The notes: a model not told the origin generated them from the letters alone. DNA of 64,000 nucleotides from an uncultured Candidatus Entotheonella sp. (GCA_965215335.1 CBDCDA010000001.1:1248001-1312000), one strand, 5' to 3'; counted from the stretch's first letter, positions 28,658-39,234 are shown. Program-made: numbers and translations.

Positions 28658-29455
28658 ATGGCCCTGATACCCTTCCGCCTGACCTGGCGCAACCCGATCT
28701 TCCGCGGCGCACTGGAGGCCATGACGCACCGTGGCACGGGCTGGACGCACGGTCTGAACGTCGCCGCGGTGCTATCGCTGGTGCTGTTCATCACATGGCC
28801 GAAGGAAGGTTTTCTGAGCCTGCGCGACCTGCCGTTCGCCTACAACGCCATGGGCGGCACGGCAACGATCATCCTGTCCTACCTCAACTTCACGCAAGGC
28901 GCGCGCAACCTGCTGGGGGGTCAGGACGCCACCCTGCGCGACTGGCTGGCGTTCATGCCGCTGCCGATCGGCACGTTCCTGCGCGGCTACCTGGCGGCGG
29001 GCGGCGTCGAGATGCTGTTCTTCTGGGGCCTGTCGTGGCCCCTGTTGCTGCTGGCCGCCGGCGTCTCGGGCGAGTCGCTCATTCACCTCGGCACCGGCAT
29101 GCTCGTGCTGCTGGCGTGTCTGGCGGCGTACCGGATCATCGGCGTCACGCTGCTGGTCTGGTTCGAGCGCGACGACTTCATTCTCTACATCCTGGTGCGC
29201 GTCGTTTACCTGTGGTTCATCCTGGTCAGCGGCTTCGTGTGGCCGCTCGCCAATCCGGTACTGGCGTTCATCGACACCAGCATCTGGCCGCAGCGCCTGC
29301 CCACTGTCAGCCTCATGGGGCACCCGATGCCGGGGTGGTCCGCTGTGGTGGCGCTGCATTTGATTCTGGGGGGTCTGTTTTTTATAATCGCCGCTTTGCG
29401 CACACGCCGGCTGCAACGCCGATTGGCTCTCCGCGACGATTTCAAAGCTTGCTAG
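28658..29455 (+). CDS. Multi-pass membrane protein (ABC-2 permease-like), first gene of the MoxR cluster
   Basis: About six TM segments, N-terminal NPI motif, high-GC codon bias. Confidence 0.75.
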   Translation: MALIPFRLTWRNPIFRGALEAMTHRGTGWTHGLNVAAVLSLVLFITWPKEGFLSLRDLPFAYNAMGGTATIILSYLNFTQGARNLLGGQDATLRDWLAFMPLPIGTFLRGYLAAGGVEMLFFWGLSWPLLLLAAGVSGESLIHLGTGMLVLLACLAAYRIIGVTLLVWFERDDFILYILVRVVYLWFILVSGFVWPLANPVLAFIDTSIWPQRLPTVSLMGHPMPGWSAVVALHLILGGLFFIIAALRTRRLQRRLALRDDFKAC

Positions 29456-29471
29456 CTGGAAGGTAGAGGCG

Positions 29472-30983
29472 ATGGATCAGTCGGGCCCCCTTGAGCAGGC
29501 CGTGACGCGGTTGCAGCGGCGCCACCGGTTCCTGCGGCGGCTGCGCCGCTCCCTGGACGCCGCCCTCGGCGGCCTCGCCGCCGCCTGCCTGGCGACGGTC
29601 TTGGTCGCCGCCGGTGTGTGGACAATCTCCATGCCGGCCGTCTACGCTCTCCTCACCTTCGCAACCTTCGGCGTCATCCTCTGCCTCAGTTGGCCGGGCC
29701 GTGGTTCCCCGCTGGACATGCTGGCCGCCACGGATCGCACCCTGCGCAGCCGCGAGCGCCTCAGCACCGCCTACGAGTACGGCAAGCAGCACGCCGACCA
29801 CCCCTTCAATGCCGCCCTGATGGCCGAGGCCGAGCGGCTGGCCCCCTGCGTCGAGCCGTGCCAGGTATTGCCGCTGCGTCTGCCGCGCCGGCTGTGGGCC
29901 GTCCCGGCCCTGCTGCTCGCCACCCTGGCCCTGCACTGGATCGAGCCCCCCTCGTGGTCGTTCGACACCCTCGGCGACGCGGATTTCAGCCGCCAGGTGG
30001 CGCGTGAGGGCCAGCGCCTCGAACAGTGGGGCAACGAACTGGAACGGCTCGCCAGACAGGAGCACCTGGACCGCAGCCTCATCCTGGCGCGCCAACTGCA
30101 GGATCTCGGCAGGCACCTGCAGGACGAGCGCGCGCCGCAAGATGCCTTCATGGGCCGCATCTCCAGCCTGTCGGATTACCTTCAGCGCCTGCGCGAGGAA
30201 CTGCGTGAACGGGCCCTGACGAGCGGCATGGGCCGGTTAGCGGTGCCCGACACGCTGCCGTCCGGCAAGAGCCTCAAGCAGGAGTTGCGCGACGTATTGA
30301 ACCTCCTGGATGACGAAACACCGTCGCGCGACCGGGTGGCGGCAGCCGAGCAGAGCCTGCAGCGCCTGCGTCAGCAGGCCGGCGGCAGGCCGGTTCCCGA
30401 GCTGGAGGCGCTGTTGCAAAACCTGCGCGTCGGCGACGTGCAGGCGGCGCGGCAATTGCTGCGCGAGGTCATCGAACAGCAGCAGGCCAGCGATGAACTC
30501 CAGCACCTCGAACGTGCCCGCCGCGCCCTGGAATACGCCTCCCGCAGCCTGCGGCAACAAGCGGACGGGCAACCCGGCGGCGACCCGGCGCCCGGCGCCC
30601 GGCAGGCGCAAAGCGACTTCGACCCCCGCAACTTCGGCGGCGAGTTCATGATGGAAGACCCGTACGGCATGGAGGCGTTCTCCGTCCCCGGCTCCGATGC
30701 CGGCTACGGCGTGTCCACCCGTGTCGATGCCCGTCCCGAACAGGCCCTGCGCGAGTCCGAGCAGCCCACGTCGCACGTCGATCTGCGCAACAACCCCGGC
30801 CCCACGCGCCTGCACTACATGCGCCGCCTGCCGATGGTCAACGAGGCGCAGGTGCCCGTGGCGGACGTCGCGGTGCAGTACCGGCAGGCCGCCGAGGAAG
30901 TGCTGACGCGCGAGGACATCCCGCGCGGCTATCGCGAGCAGATCAAGCAATACTTCCTGTCTCTGGGGGTGGTGCGGGAATAA
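29472..30983 (+). CDS. Membrane-anchored coiled-coil protein of the MoxR cluster
   Basis: Two N-terminal TMs, D..L...ERLSTA.E, long Q/E/L coiled coil, C-terminal IP.GYRE.IKQYF. Confidence 0.8.
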   Translation: MDQSGPLEQAVTRLQRRHRFLRRLRRSLDAALGGLAAACLATVLVAAGVWTISMPAVYALLTFATFGVILCLSWPGRGSPLDMLAATDRTLRSRERLSTAYEYGKQHADHPFNAALMAEAERLAPCVEPCQVLPLRLPRRLWAVPALLLATLALHWIEPPSWSFDTLGDADFSRQVAREGQRLEQWGNELERLARQEHLDRSLILARQLQDLGRHLQDERAPQDAFMGRISSLSDYLQRLREELRERALTSGMGRLAVPDTLPSGKSLKQELRDVLNLLDDETPSRDRVAAAEQSLQRLRQQAGGRPVPELEALLQNLRVGDVQAARQLLREVIEQQQASDELQHLERARRALEYASRSLRQQADGQPGGDPAPGARQAQSDFDPRNFGGEFMMEDPYGMEAFSVPGSDAGYGVSTRVDARPEQALRESEQPTSHVDLRNNPGPTRLHYMRRLPMVNEAQVPVADVAVQYRQAAEEVLTREDIPRGYREQIKQYFLSLGVVRE

Positions 30984-31054
30984 CGGAACGCCTGCGGAAC
31001 CGGCAGGCCGCCGCGTCTCCTCTGACGTCGATCAGGGGAGCAGATTGAAACGGA

Positions 31055-32044
31055 ATGAACATAACCGATCAGGTCATGCAATTCGGCGCCGACATGGCGC
31101 GCATCCGCGCCGAGATCGCCAAGGCCATCGTGGGGCATGGCGACATCGTTGACGGCCTGCTCACCTGCCTGCTGTGCGGCGGCCATGCCCTCCTCGAAGG
31201 CGTGCCCGGACTCGGCAAAACGCTGCTGGTCAAGAGCCTCGGCGCCGCCCTGCACCTGCAATTCTCGCGCATCCAGTTCACCCCCGACCTCATGCCGGCC
31301 GACATCATCGGCACCCGCGTGGTCCTCGAAGACGAGGCCGGGCAGCGCCATTTCGCCTTTCAGCCTGGCCCGGTCTTCAGCAACGTAGTGCTCGCCGACG
31401 AGATCAATCGCGCCACGCCGAAAACCCAGTCCGCCCTGCTCGAAGCCATGCAGGAGCAGACGGTGACGGTGGCCGGAACAGAACACAAGCTGCACCTGCC
31501 GTTCCTGGTGCTGGCCACCCAGAACCCGCTCGAAATGGACGGCACCTACCCGCTGCCCGAGGCGCAGCTCGACCGCTTCCTGCTGAAATTGCAGGTCAGC
31601 TACCCGTCGTTCGACGACCTCAGCGACATCGTTGACCGTACCACTCAGAGCGAGACGCGGGCGGCGGAACCGGTCGCCACGGCAACCGACGTCCTGGCAG
31701 CCCAGCGCCTGGTGCGCGACGTGCCGTTGGCCTCACACGTCAAGAGCTATGCCATTCGCCTGGTCATGGCCACCCACCCGCAGACGCCCCGCACCGCCGA
31801 CGTGGTGCGCGCCTACGTGCGCTACGGCTCCAGCCCGCGCGGCGTGCAGAGCCTGGTGCTGGCCGCCAAGGTGCGGGCGCTGTTCGACGGGCGCTTCAAC
31901 GTCAGCTTCGACGACCTGCGCGAGGTCGCCGTGCCCTGTCTGCGGCACCGCCTCATTCTCAATTTCGAGGGGGAGGCAGAAGACATCGACGCCGCTGACA
32001 TCGTCAGCGGCGTCGTCCGCGACCTGCCGGAGCAGGGCGGCTGA
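31055..32044 (+). CDS. moxR: MoxR-family AAA+ ATPase
   Basis: GHALLEGVPGLGKT, RIQFTPDLMPADI.G, LADEINRATPKTQSALLEAMQE, ATQNP.E..GTYPLPEAQLDRF. Confidence 0.96.
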   Translation: MNITDQVMQFGADMARIRAEIAKAIVGHGDIVDGLLTCLLCGGHALLEGVPGLGKTLLVKSLGAALHLQFSRIQFTPDLMPADIIGTRVVLEDEAGQRHFAFQPGPVFSNVVLADEINRATPKTQSALLEAMQEQTVTVAGTEHKLHLPFLVLATQNPLEMDGTYPLPEAQLDRFLLKLQVSYPSFDDLSDIVDRTTQSETRAAEPVATATDVLAAQRLVRDVPLASHVKSYAIRLVMATHPQTPRTADVVRAYVRYGSSPRGVQSLVLAAKVRALFDGRFNVSFDDLREVAVPCLRHRLILNFEGEAEDIDAADIVSGVVRDLPEQGG

Positions 32045-32239
32045 TTCCTGCCGAGTGGGTCGAGTCGGCAGTGGGAGTGGCGACGCCGACGCGCAGCAGG
32101 ATTCGCTGCTGTGAAGGGCGCACGGGCTCTTGAGACCGGGCTGTCGTCACCGGAAACTCGAAAACAAGGGTGGAATCGGAGCTTGGGGAAGGGTAGTCTT
32201 GTGGCCTCTCCGCAGGTCCGGCAGATTGAGGAGGTCGTC

Positions 32240-32401
32240 ATGGCCATCCAGGAAACCACCCCGCCTCGCAACATTCTGATCGGCTACAAAGAACTCGCTG
32301 TCCTTGCGTGCAAGGACAGCGACCTCAGCGACCGGGGCACCCGGATCGAGACCATCCTGGAGCAGCAGCGCCAGGGCACGATGGCGCCCAACACGCCCTG
32401 A
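32240..32401 (+). CDS. Small hypothetical protein (53 aa)
   Basis: Strong GAGGAGG SD before ATG 32240; lies within the operon. Confidence 0.4.
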   Translation: MAIQETTPPRNILIGYKELAVLACKDSDLSDRGTRIETILEQQRQGTMAPNTP

Positions 32402-32431
32402 TGCCGTGTGAACCCTGGAAACACCCGCTTC

Positions 32432-33358
32432 ATGAACCCCTCATCCCTTACCCCACCGGCTGAACCCGCCCCGGCGCTCTTCGACGCCGATTTCATGCGC
32501 AAGCTCGAAACCCTGCACCTGCTGGCGCGCAAGCTGTTCCGGGGCCAAAGCCAGAACGACCGCACCACCCTGCGCCGCGGCATGGGCCTGGAATTCGCCG
32601 ACCACCGCCGCTACCAGCCCGGCGACGACTTTCGCTACGTCGATTGGAACGTCTACAGCCGCCTGGACCGCCTCTTCCTCAAGGTCTTCACCGCCGAGGA
32701 GGACCTCACCATCCATCTGCTGGTCGATACCAGCCGCTCGATGCAGGAGGGCCGGCCGTCGAAGATCGACTTCGCCCGCCGGGTGGCTGCGGCGCTGGGC
32801 TACATTGGCCTCAACAGCCTGGACCGCGTCGGCGTGGTGTCGTTTGCCGACGACCTGGGTCGCCCCCGCCCGCCGCAGCGCGGGCGGCAGCAGATTGTCG
32901 CCATGCTGCGCTATTTCGAGACCCTCGGCGGCGGCGGCGGCACCCACCTGAACCGCGTGCTGCGCGCTTACGCCCGCCAGACTCAAGGCTTGCCAGCCAG
33001 AGGCGGCATGGCCATCGTCATCAGCGACCTGTTCGACCCGCAGGGCTACGCGAGCGGTCTCGACGCCCTGGTCTACGCCGGCTTTGACGCGCTGGTAATC
33101 CAGGTGGTGGCCGAGTCGGAGATCAACCCGACCTTTAGCGGCGCGGTACGTCTGCACGACGTCGAGACCGGCCAGCAACGTCGCCTGACGGTCAACCAGC
33201 GTCTGCTCGCCCGCTACCGCGAGAAGGTAGCGGCGTATGTTGCCGGCATCGAAACGTACTGCCTGCGGCGCAACATCGAGTATCTGCGCGTCGTCACCAC
33301 TGTTCCGTTTGAAGACGTCGTCCTGCGGTACCTGCGGCGCGGCCTGTATTTCAGTTAA
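32432..33358 (+). CDS. DUF58 domain protein
   Basis: G.EFADHRRYQPGDDFRYVDWN, VDTSRSM, VISDL. Confidence 0.93.
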   Translation: MNPSSLTPPAEPAPALFDADFMRKLETLHLLARKLFRGQSQNDRTTLRRGMGLEFADHRRYQPGDDFRYVDWNVYSRLDRLFLKVFTAEEDLTIHLLVDTSRSMQEGRPSKIDFARRVAAALGYIGLNSLDRVGVVSFADDLGRPRPPQRGRQQIVAMLRYFETLGGGGGTHLNRVLRAYARQTQGLPARGGMAIVISDLFDPQGYASGLDALVYAGFDALVIQVVAESEINPTFSGAVRLHDVETGQQRRLTVNQRLLARYREKVAAYVAGIETYCLRRNIEYLRVVTTVPFEDVVLRYLRRGLYFS

Positions 33359-33369
33359 CGCCCTGAAAT

Positions 33370-33402
33370 GTCGGATTGCGCCTGCGGCGAATCCGACCGA
33401 CG
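33370..33402. repeat. REP-like palindrome
   Basis: GTCGGATT-GCGCCTGCGGCG-AATCCGAC in the intergenic gap; same stem as 52474-52503. Confidence 0.6.
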
Positions 33403-33417
33403 ACAGGAAACGTTTCC

Positions 33418-35283
33418 ATGGTCTGGCTCAACCCGGCGGCATTCGCCCTACTGGCCTTCGTGCCCGTGATTATCGTGCTGCACACGCTGCGCTACCGGCG
33501 ACGGGACGTGCGGGTCAGCACGCTGTTCCTGTGGGAGAGCGTGGCGCGCGAGGCGCAGGGCAGCCTCGGCTTGCGGCGGCTGGTTCAGAACCTGCCGCTG
33601 CTGTTGCAGATCCTGCTCGTCTGCCTGCTGGCCGCGGCGCTCGCCGAACCGGCGCTTACCGGCCAGGCCGAGCCGAGCCGCGACGTCGTCCTGGTGCTCG
33701 ACGTCAGCGCCAGCATGCAGGCCCGCACCGGGCAGGGGACGCGTTTTGCGCGGGCCAGGGAACACGCCTTGAAGGTACTTCAGGAGTTGCCCACCGGGCG
33801 TCAGATGGCCGTCATTACCGCCGGGCGGCAGCCGCGGGTGGCGGCGTTCTTCAGCAGCGAAAAGGCCCTGTTGCGGCAGACCCTCCGCGACCTGCAGGCC
33901 AGCGACGCCGCCGGCAACATGCGGGAGGCGCTGTTTCTGGCGCTGTCGCTCACCCAGGGCAGCGGCTCGCACGAGATCGTCGTCATCGGCGACGGCGCCT
34001 ACCCTCGGGTTGCCGAACTGACGCAGTTGCGCCAGCAACTCGGCCACCAACTGCGCCACATCCGGGTCGACGGCGGCGATACCAACGTCGGCATCACGCG
34101 CTTCGCCTTTCGGCAAGTGCCAGACGCCGAAGGACTCTACGAGGTGCTGCTGACCGTGAAGAACTTTTCGCCGCAGCCGGTGGCGGCGCCCCTGCGCCTC
34201 AGCATGCCGCCGCAACAACCGTTGGAGCGCCAACTGAACCTGCAGCCCGGCCAGGCGGAAGTCATCGTGTCCACCGTCGTCGGCCCTTTGCAAGGCGTCG
34301 CCGAAGCCGACCTGACGCTGGACGACGACCTGACGCTGGACAACCGCGCCTACGGCGTCGCCGCCGCCCCGTCACAGACCTGGATCCTGCTCGTCGGCGA
34401 GCCGAATTACTTCCTGGAGACCCTGCTCACCGCCATCCCCGGCGTGTTCGTCAACGTCGTGCCGCAGGTGTCGGCGGACATCCTGCCGCGCCTGCTGGCG
34501 TCGAACCGTCTGATCATTTTCAACGGCGTCACTCCGCCGCCGCTGCAACGCGGCAATTACCTGCTGATCAACGCCGTGCCGCCGGACGACCGGGTGCGGC
34601 GCACCGGCACGGTGACGCAGCCGCGCGTGGTGGACTGGGAGCGCCAGCACCCGCTGCTGCGCTTCGTCGATCTGGCCGACGTGCACGTCGCCGAGGCCCT
34701 GCAACTGACGCTGCAAGACGGCGCCCACAGCCTCGTTGACGCAGCAGACACGCCGCTGCTCGGCCTTATCGAGGAGCCGCACCTGCGCCTCGTAGTCCTC
34801 GGCTTCGACCTGATGCAATCGGACCTGCCGCTGCGCGTCGCCTTCCCGGTGTTCATCGGCAACCTGCTGCGCTGGCTGGCGACCCCGGAATCCGACGGCG
34901 GCGGCCAGATTCAGGCCGGAACCCCCTACCCGCTGTACCTCGACACCCCCGTATCGCGCATTTCCGTGCAGGACCCGCAGGGCCGCCAGCAGCAATACGA
35001 GGTGCAGGGCAACCCGTGGATTTTTTCCGACACCCAGCGCATCGGCGTGTACATCCTGCGCGCCGGGGACCATTTCAAGCGCTATCTGACAGTCAATCTG
35101 CTGGACGACGGCGAGTCGGATATCAACCCCGCAAACAAGCTGCCGCCGCTGACACCCGGCGAAGCTGCCGCTTCAACTTCAACACCCGGCGGCAGCGCCG
35201 AAACGCCACTGTGGCTCGCCCTGATGCTGGGTGCCGTAGCGGTGCTGACCGTCGAGTGGTTCACCTGGTGCCGGGATTTCTGA
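33418..35283 (+). CDS. BatA N-terminal + vWA domain protein
   Basis: WLNP.AF.LL...P.I.LH, LDVSASM MIDAS motif, C-terminal ESDI and TM. Confidence 0.9.
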   Translation: MVWLNPAAFALLAFVPVIIVLHTLRYRRRDVRVSTLFLWESVAREAQGSLGLRRLVQNLPLLLQILLVCLLAAALAEPALTGQAEPSRDVVLVLDVSASMQARTGQGTRFARAREHALKVLQELPTGRQMAVITAGRQPRVAAFFSSEKALLRQTLRDLQASDAAGNMREALFLALSLTQGSGSHEIVVIGDGAYPRVAELTQLRQQLGHQLRHIRVDGGDTNVGITRFAFRQVPDAEGLYEVLLTVKNFSPQPVAAPLRLSMPPQQPLERQLNLQPGQAEVIVSTVVGPLQGVAEADLTLDDDLTLDNRAYGVAAAPSQTWILLVGEPNYFLETLLTAIPGVFVNVVPQVSADILPRLLASNRLIIFNGVTPPPLQRGNYLLINAVPPDDRVRRTGTVTQPRVVDWERQHPLLRFVDLADVHVAEALQLTLQDGAHSLVDAADTPLLGLIEEPHLRLVVLGFDLMQSDLPLRVAFPVFIGNLLRWLATPESDGGGQIQAGTPYPLYLDTPVSRISVQDPQGRQQQYEVQGNPWIFSDTQRIGVYILRAGDHFKRYLTVNLLDDGESDINPANKLPPLTPGEAAASTSTPGGSAETPLWLALMLGAVAVLTVEWFTWCRDF

Positions 35284-35284
35284 C

Positions 35285-38038
35285 ATGCGCGTCTTCTATC
35301 CCTGGTTCATCGCCCTGTTGCTGCTGGCGCCGCTGTTGCTTCTGTGGCTGCGCCGCACGCCCCGGCGGCTCGCCCCACTGCGGCGGCGTCTGCTCAGCGG
35401 CCTGCGGTTGCTGGCGCTGTTGCTGCTGGTCGGCGGCTTGGTACGCCTCGCCCTGACGCAGCCCTACGAGCAAGCCAACGTCGTTTTCGCGCTCGACCTG
35501 TCGCACAGCGTCAGCGCCGCGGTGCGCCGGCAGGCGCTCGACTTCATCCGTGCCGTCAGCCACGCCAAACGCCCGCAGGACGGCGCCGGGCTCGTCGTGT
35601 TCGGCGCCGACGCCTTTCTCGAACACGACGTTGCCAAACGCTTCAGCCTGCCCGACATCGCCTCCGAAGTGGACGGCAGCGCCACCAACATCGCCCGCGC
35701 GCTGCAAGTGAGTGCCGCCAGCTTCCCCACCGAGGATGCCAAGCGGCTGGTGCTGCTCAGCGATGGCAACGAGAACGTCGCCTCGGCGGCCGAGGCGACG
35801 CTGATCGCCCGCTCCCTGGGCGTGTCGGTCTTTCCGGTGCCGCTAGGGCGCGGTCAGCAGGAGCCCGAGGTGCGGGTGGAAAAGCTGGTCGCCCCCAGGC
35901 AGGTGCGCATGGGCACGCCCTACCACGTCGAGGCCGTCGTTTTCAGCAGCCTTGAAACCCCGGCGTCGCTGGAACTGTTCCGCGAGGGGTCCTTCGTGGC
36001 GCGGCAGGAGGTCGTGCTGCGGCCCGGCAAGAACCGCCACCGCTTCCTGGAGCAGGCCGAGGCCGAGGGCATGCAGATCTACCAGGTCGTCGTCAACAGC
36101 CCGCGCGATACCATGCCGGCGAACAACCACTGGCAGACCTTCACCGACGTGCGCGGCCGTCCCAAGGTGCTGCGTCTCTACGATCCGCCCGACCGGGACG
36201 CGCCGCTCGTGCGGGCGCTGCGGCAGCAGGGCCTCGACGTGCGCAGCCGTCCGTGGCAGGACCTCCCCCACCTGCTCAGCGATTACCTGGAATACGCCGC
36301 CCTCGTCTTCGACAACGTGCCCGGCTTCGGCATTTCGGTATCGCAGATGGAGGTGCTGGAGCGCTACGTGCGCGACATGGGCGGCGGCGTGCTGATGCTG
36401 GGCGGCGAGAAGAGCTTCGGCGCCGGCGGCTACTACCGCACGCCGCTGGAGAAAATCCTGCCGGTGGACATGGACGTGCCTACCAAGGTGTCGATCCCCA
36501 GCCTGGCGATGGTCATGGTCATCGACCGCTCGGACAGCATGGGCAGCAGCGTCAGCGGCGCGCCGTCGTCGGGCTTCGGCGACCGCACCACCAAGCTGGA
36601 AGTGGCCAAGATTGCCGCCTTTTCGTCGATGAAGTTGCTCAACCCCTTCGACCAGGTGGGGGTGCTGGCCTTCAATGCCGAGTGGGACTGGAGCGTGCCG
36701 ATGAGCGAGGCGGGCAAGCGCGAGCAGATCGCCGGGCGGCTCGCCGCCCTCACCCACGGCGGCGGCACCGACCTGTTCAAGGCCCTGCAAGAGGGACTCG
36801 GCACGCTGCGCGACGTGCCAGCGGTGAAAAAGCACCTGATCGCGCTGTCCGACGGCCTGACGCCGAACATGGCGTTCGAGTCGCTGATGCACGACGCCGT
36901 GGCCGACAACATCACGGTCACCACGGTAGCGCTGGGGCAGGACGCCGACCGCACCCTCATGGACGCCATCGCGCACTGGGGCAAGGGGCGGAGCTATTAC
37001 ACCAACGATGCCCTCAACATCCCGCGCATCTTCACCGCCGAGACCATTCTGGTGTCGCGCAGCCTGATCGAGGAGGAGGCGTTTCAGCCGCTCCTGCAGC
37101 GCCATCACGAATTGTTGAGCGGCGTGGGGATTGACGCGGCACCGCCGCTGCACGGCTACGTGGTGACCTACGGCAAGCCGGGCGCCGAGGTGCTGCTCAC
37201 CACCCCGAACGACGACCCGCTGCTGGCGGTGCAGCGCTACGGCCTGGGACACACCGCGGCGTTCACCGCCGATCTGGGGCCACGCTGGGGCAAGGATTGG
37301 CTGCGCTGGCCGCAGTTCGGCCCGTTCGCCGCCCAGCTCGTGCGCTGGGTGCAACGCACCGGCACGCCAGAGAGCGTTGACGTGCGGGTAGACGTACGCG
37401 AGGGCCAAGCCATCGTGCGGGCCGACGTGTATGACGCCGAGGACCGCTTCGTCAATCGCCTCGACCTGCAGGGCAGTCGCGTGCTGACGCCGGAAAAGGA
37501 CACCCTGCCGCTGGCGTTGACGCAGACTGCGCCGGGCCGCTACCAGGGCCGATTTGCCGTGCGCGGTCGCGGCGAGTATCTTCTGAGCCTCGTGGGGCGC
37601 CGGGGCGAGGCGACCATCGGGCCGAAAACCGTTGGCATCGCCCTGCCCTATTCGGCGGAGTACCTGGGGCTGGACGTCAATCGCCACCTGCTGAGCCGCC
37701 TGGCGGAACGCACCGGCGGTCAGATGCTGCGGGCCGAGGCGCCCGATGACGCCGCCGGCATCCTGTTCCGTACCGCGCAGCAGGCGGATATCCCATCGGG
37801 GCCGGGGCAGCCGCTGAACGACTTCTGGCCGTGGTTCGTGCTGGCGGCCTTGTGCGTCTTCGTAGCGGAAATCGCGGTGCGCCAGATCAGCCTGCCGGCC
37901 GCCTGGACGGCCCGTTGGCAGAATGCCCAGACACCCCGGCCCGTCGCGCCGGGCTATTCGTACGACGAGTTGGAAACCATCGTGCACCGTCGCGCCGAGG
38001 ATCATCGGCGCCGCAGCAGAGAACTCAGGAGTGGATAG
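35285..38038 (+). CDS. Double vWA + GATase1-like membrane protein
   Basis: LDLSHSV and IDRSDSM MIDAS motifs, LLSDGNEN, GGGVLMLGG..SFGAGGY..TPLE..LPV, YGLG.TAAF. Confidence 0.88.
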   Translation: MRVFYPWFIALLLLAPLLLLWLRRTPRRLAPLRRRLLSGLRLLALLLLVGGLVRLALTQPYEQANVVFALDLSHSVSAAVRRQALDFIRAVSHAKRPQDGAGLVVFGADAFLEHDVAKRFSLPDIASEVDGSATNIARALQVSAASFPTEDAKRLVLLSDGNENVASAAEATLIARSLGVSVFPVPLGRGQQEPEVRVEKLVAPRQVRMGTPYHVEAVVFSSLETPASLELFREGSFVARQEVVLRPGKNRHRFLEQAEAEGMQIYQVVVNSPRDTMPANNHWQTFTDVRGRPKVLRLYDPPDRDAPLVRALRQQGLDVRSRPWQDLPHLLSDYLEYAALVFDNVPGFGISVSQMEVLERYVRDMGGGVLMLGGEKSFGAGGYYRTPLEKILPVDMDVPTKVSIPSLAMVMVIDRSDSMGSSVSGAPSSGFGDRTTKLEVAKIAAFSSMKLLNPFDQVGVLAFNAEWDWSVPMSEAGKREQIAGRLAALTHGGGTDLFKALQEGLGTLRDVPAVKKHLIALSDGLTPNMAFESLMHDAVADNITVTTVALGQDADRTLMDAIAHWGKGRSYYTNDALNIPRIFTAETILVSRSLIEEEAFQPLLQRHHELLSGVGIDAAPPLHGYVVTYGKPGAEVLLTTPNDDPLLAVQRYGLGHTAAFTADLGPRWGKDWLRWPQFGPFAAQLVRWVQRTGTPESVDVRVDVREGQAIVRADVYDAEDRFVNRLDLQGSRVLTPEKDTLPLALTQTAPGRYQGRFAVRGRGEYLLSLVGRRGEATIGPKTVGIALPYSAEYLGLDVNRHLLSRLAERTGGQMLRAEAPDDAAGILFRTAQQADIPSGPGQPLNDFWPWFVLAALCVFVAEIAVRQISLPAAWTARWQNAQTPRPVAPGYSYDELETIVHRRAEDHRRRSRELRSG

Positions 38039-38079
38039 TACACATCTCCCCTGCCCCGGTCAGGGAAGCGGATTGAAAC

Positions 38080-38679
38080 ATGAAAGTCGTCACCGCCGCA
38101 TTCGTTTCCAGCGCCGCGTCCCCAGCGCAGTATCCACGCCAACGGCTCTCTGAAGTGGCATTCGTCGGACGTTCGAACGTCGGCAAATCCTCGCTGATCA
38201 ACACCCTGGTGCACCGCAAGAACCTGGTCAAAACCAGCGCCGCACCCGGCAAGACGCGTACCCTCAATTTCTTCGTCGTCAATGGACGGTTCAGCCTTGT
38301 CGATTTCCCCGGCTACGGTTACGCCAAGGTGCCGCGCGAGACGCAGGCGAGCTGGCGGCCGATGGTAGAGGCGTACATGAGGCACCGCGACCTGCTGTGC
38401 GCCGTGGTGCACATCGTCGACTTCCGTCACGCGCCCAGCGAACTGGACTGGCAATTGCGCGCCTGGCTGCTGCACAAGCAGGTCATCGTGCTGACGGTCG
38501 CCACCAAGACCGACAAGGTCAAACGCGGCCAGCGCGCCGCCCACGAGCAGGAAATCCGACGCGGCCTCGCCCTGCCGGACGACGAGCCGCTGACACTGTT
38601 TTCGTCCCACAACCACGAGGGCCGCTTGCGCCTGTGGCAACGACTGATGCCGTGGCTGACACCGGTGGCACGCGCGTAG
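38080..38679 (+). CDS. engB: Ribosome biogenesis GTPase YihA/YsxC
   Basis: EVAFVGRSNVGKSSLIN, PGKT..LNFF, D.PGYGYA, TKTDK. Confidence 0.96.
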   Translation: MKVVTAAFVSSAASPAQYPRQRLSEVAFVGRSNVGKSSLINTLVHRKNLVKTSAAPGKTRTLNFFVVNGRFSLVDFPGYGYAKVPRETQASWRPMVEAYMRHRDLLCAVVHIVDFRHAPSELDWQLRAWLLHKQVIVLTVATKTDKVKRGQRAAHEQEIRRGLALPDDEPLTLFSSHNHEGRLRLWQRLMPWLTPVARA

Positions 38680-38730
38680 CCCCTTCTCGCATCCAAAAAC
38701 TGTACGAAAGATTTACAAGCTGCTGCTCTG

Positions 38731-39232
38731 TCATGGCCCAGCGCGCTTGCGAAAGACGGCGACAAAACTCGACCCGACCAGGTTCGCCAACGGTCCGTCG
38801 ACGCAACGAAAACGCAGGCCCAACGGCGGGAAAACCGCAAGCCTCCGATCGAGCGCCAACCCTGCCCGTTCGCCTGCGGCTTGCATGGTGAGCGGGTCGT
38901 GACCGATCGACGTCCAGTCATGCAGGCGATTGAGGATACGCCAGACGACGGAGGAGAGCCAGTGGACCAGCCGGTGAACCAGCGCCGCACGGTTGCCCCA
39001 GACAATCACCAGCCGGCCGTACGGGCGAAGCACGCGCGCCACCTCGTGCAGCATGCGTTCGACAGCCTCCAGCTCGTACTGCTGCGCGAACTCCACGTTC
39101 AGGACAAGGTCCGCCGTGCCGTCCGCGAGTGGCAGGTTGAAGGCATCACCGCGGACCGCATCGAGCCCGTTCCGTCTTGCCTGCCGGCACGCTGCCGCGT
39201 TGAAGTCCACGCCGATAACGCGTCGCCCGACC
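38731..39232 (-). pseudogene. Class I SAM methyltransferase, 5'-truncated by IS5
   Basis: GVDFN...GDAFNLPLADGTADLV...EVARVLRPYG; motif I lost at the IS end at 39235. Confidence 0.7.
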
Positions 39233-39234
39233 CT

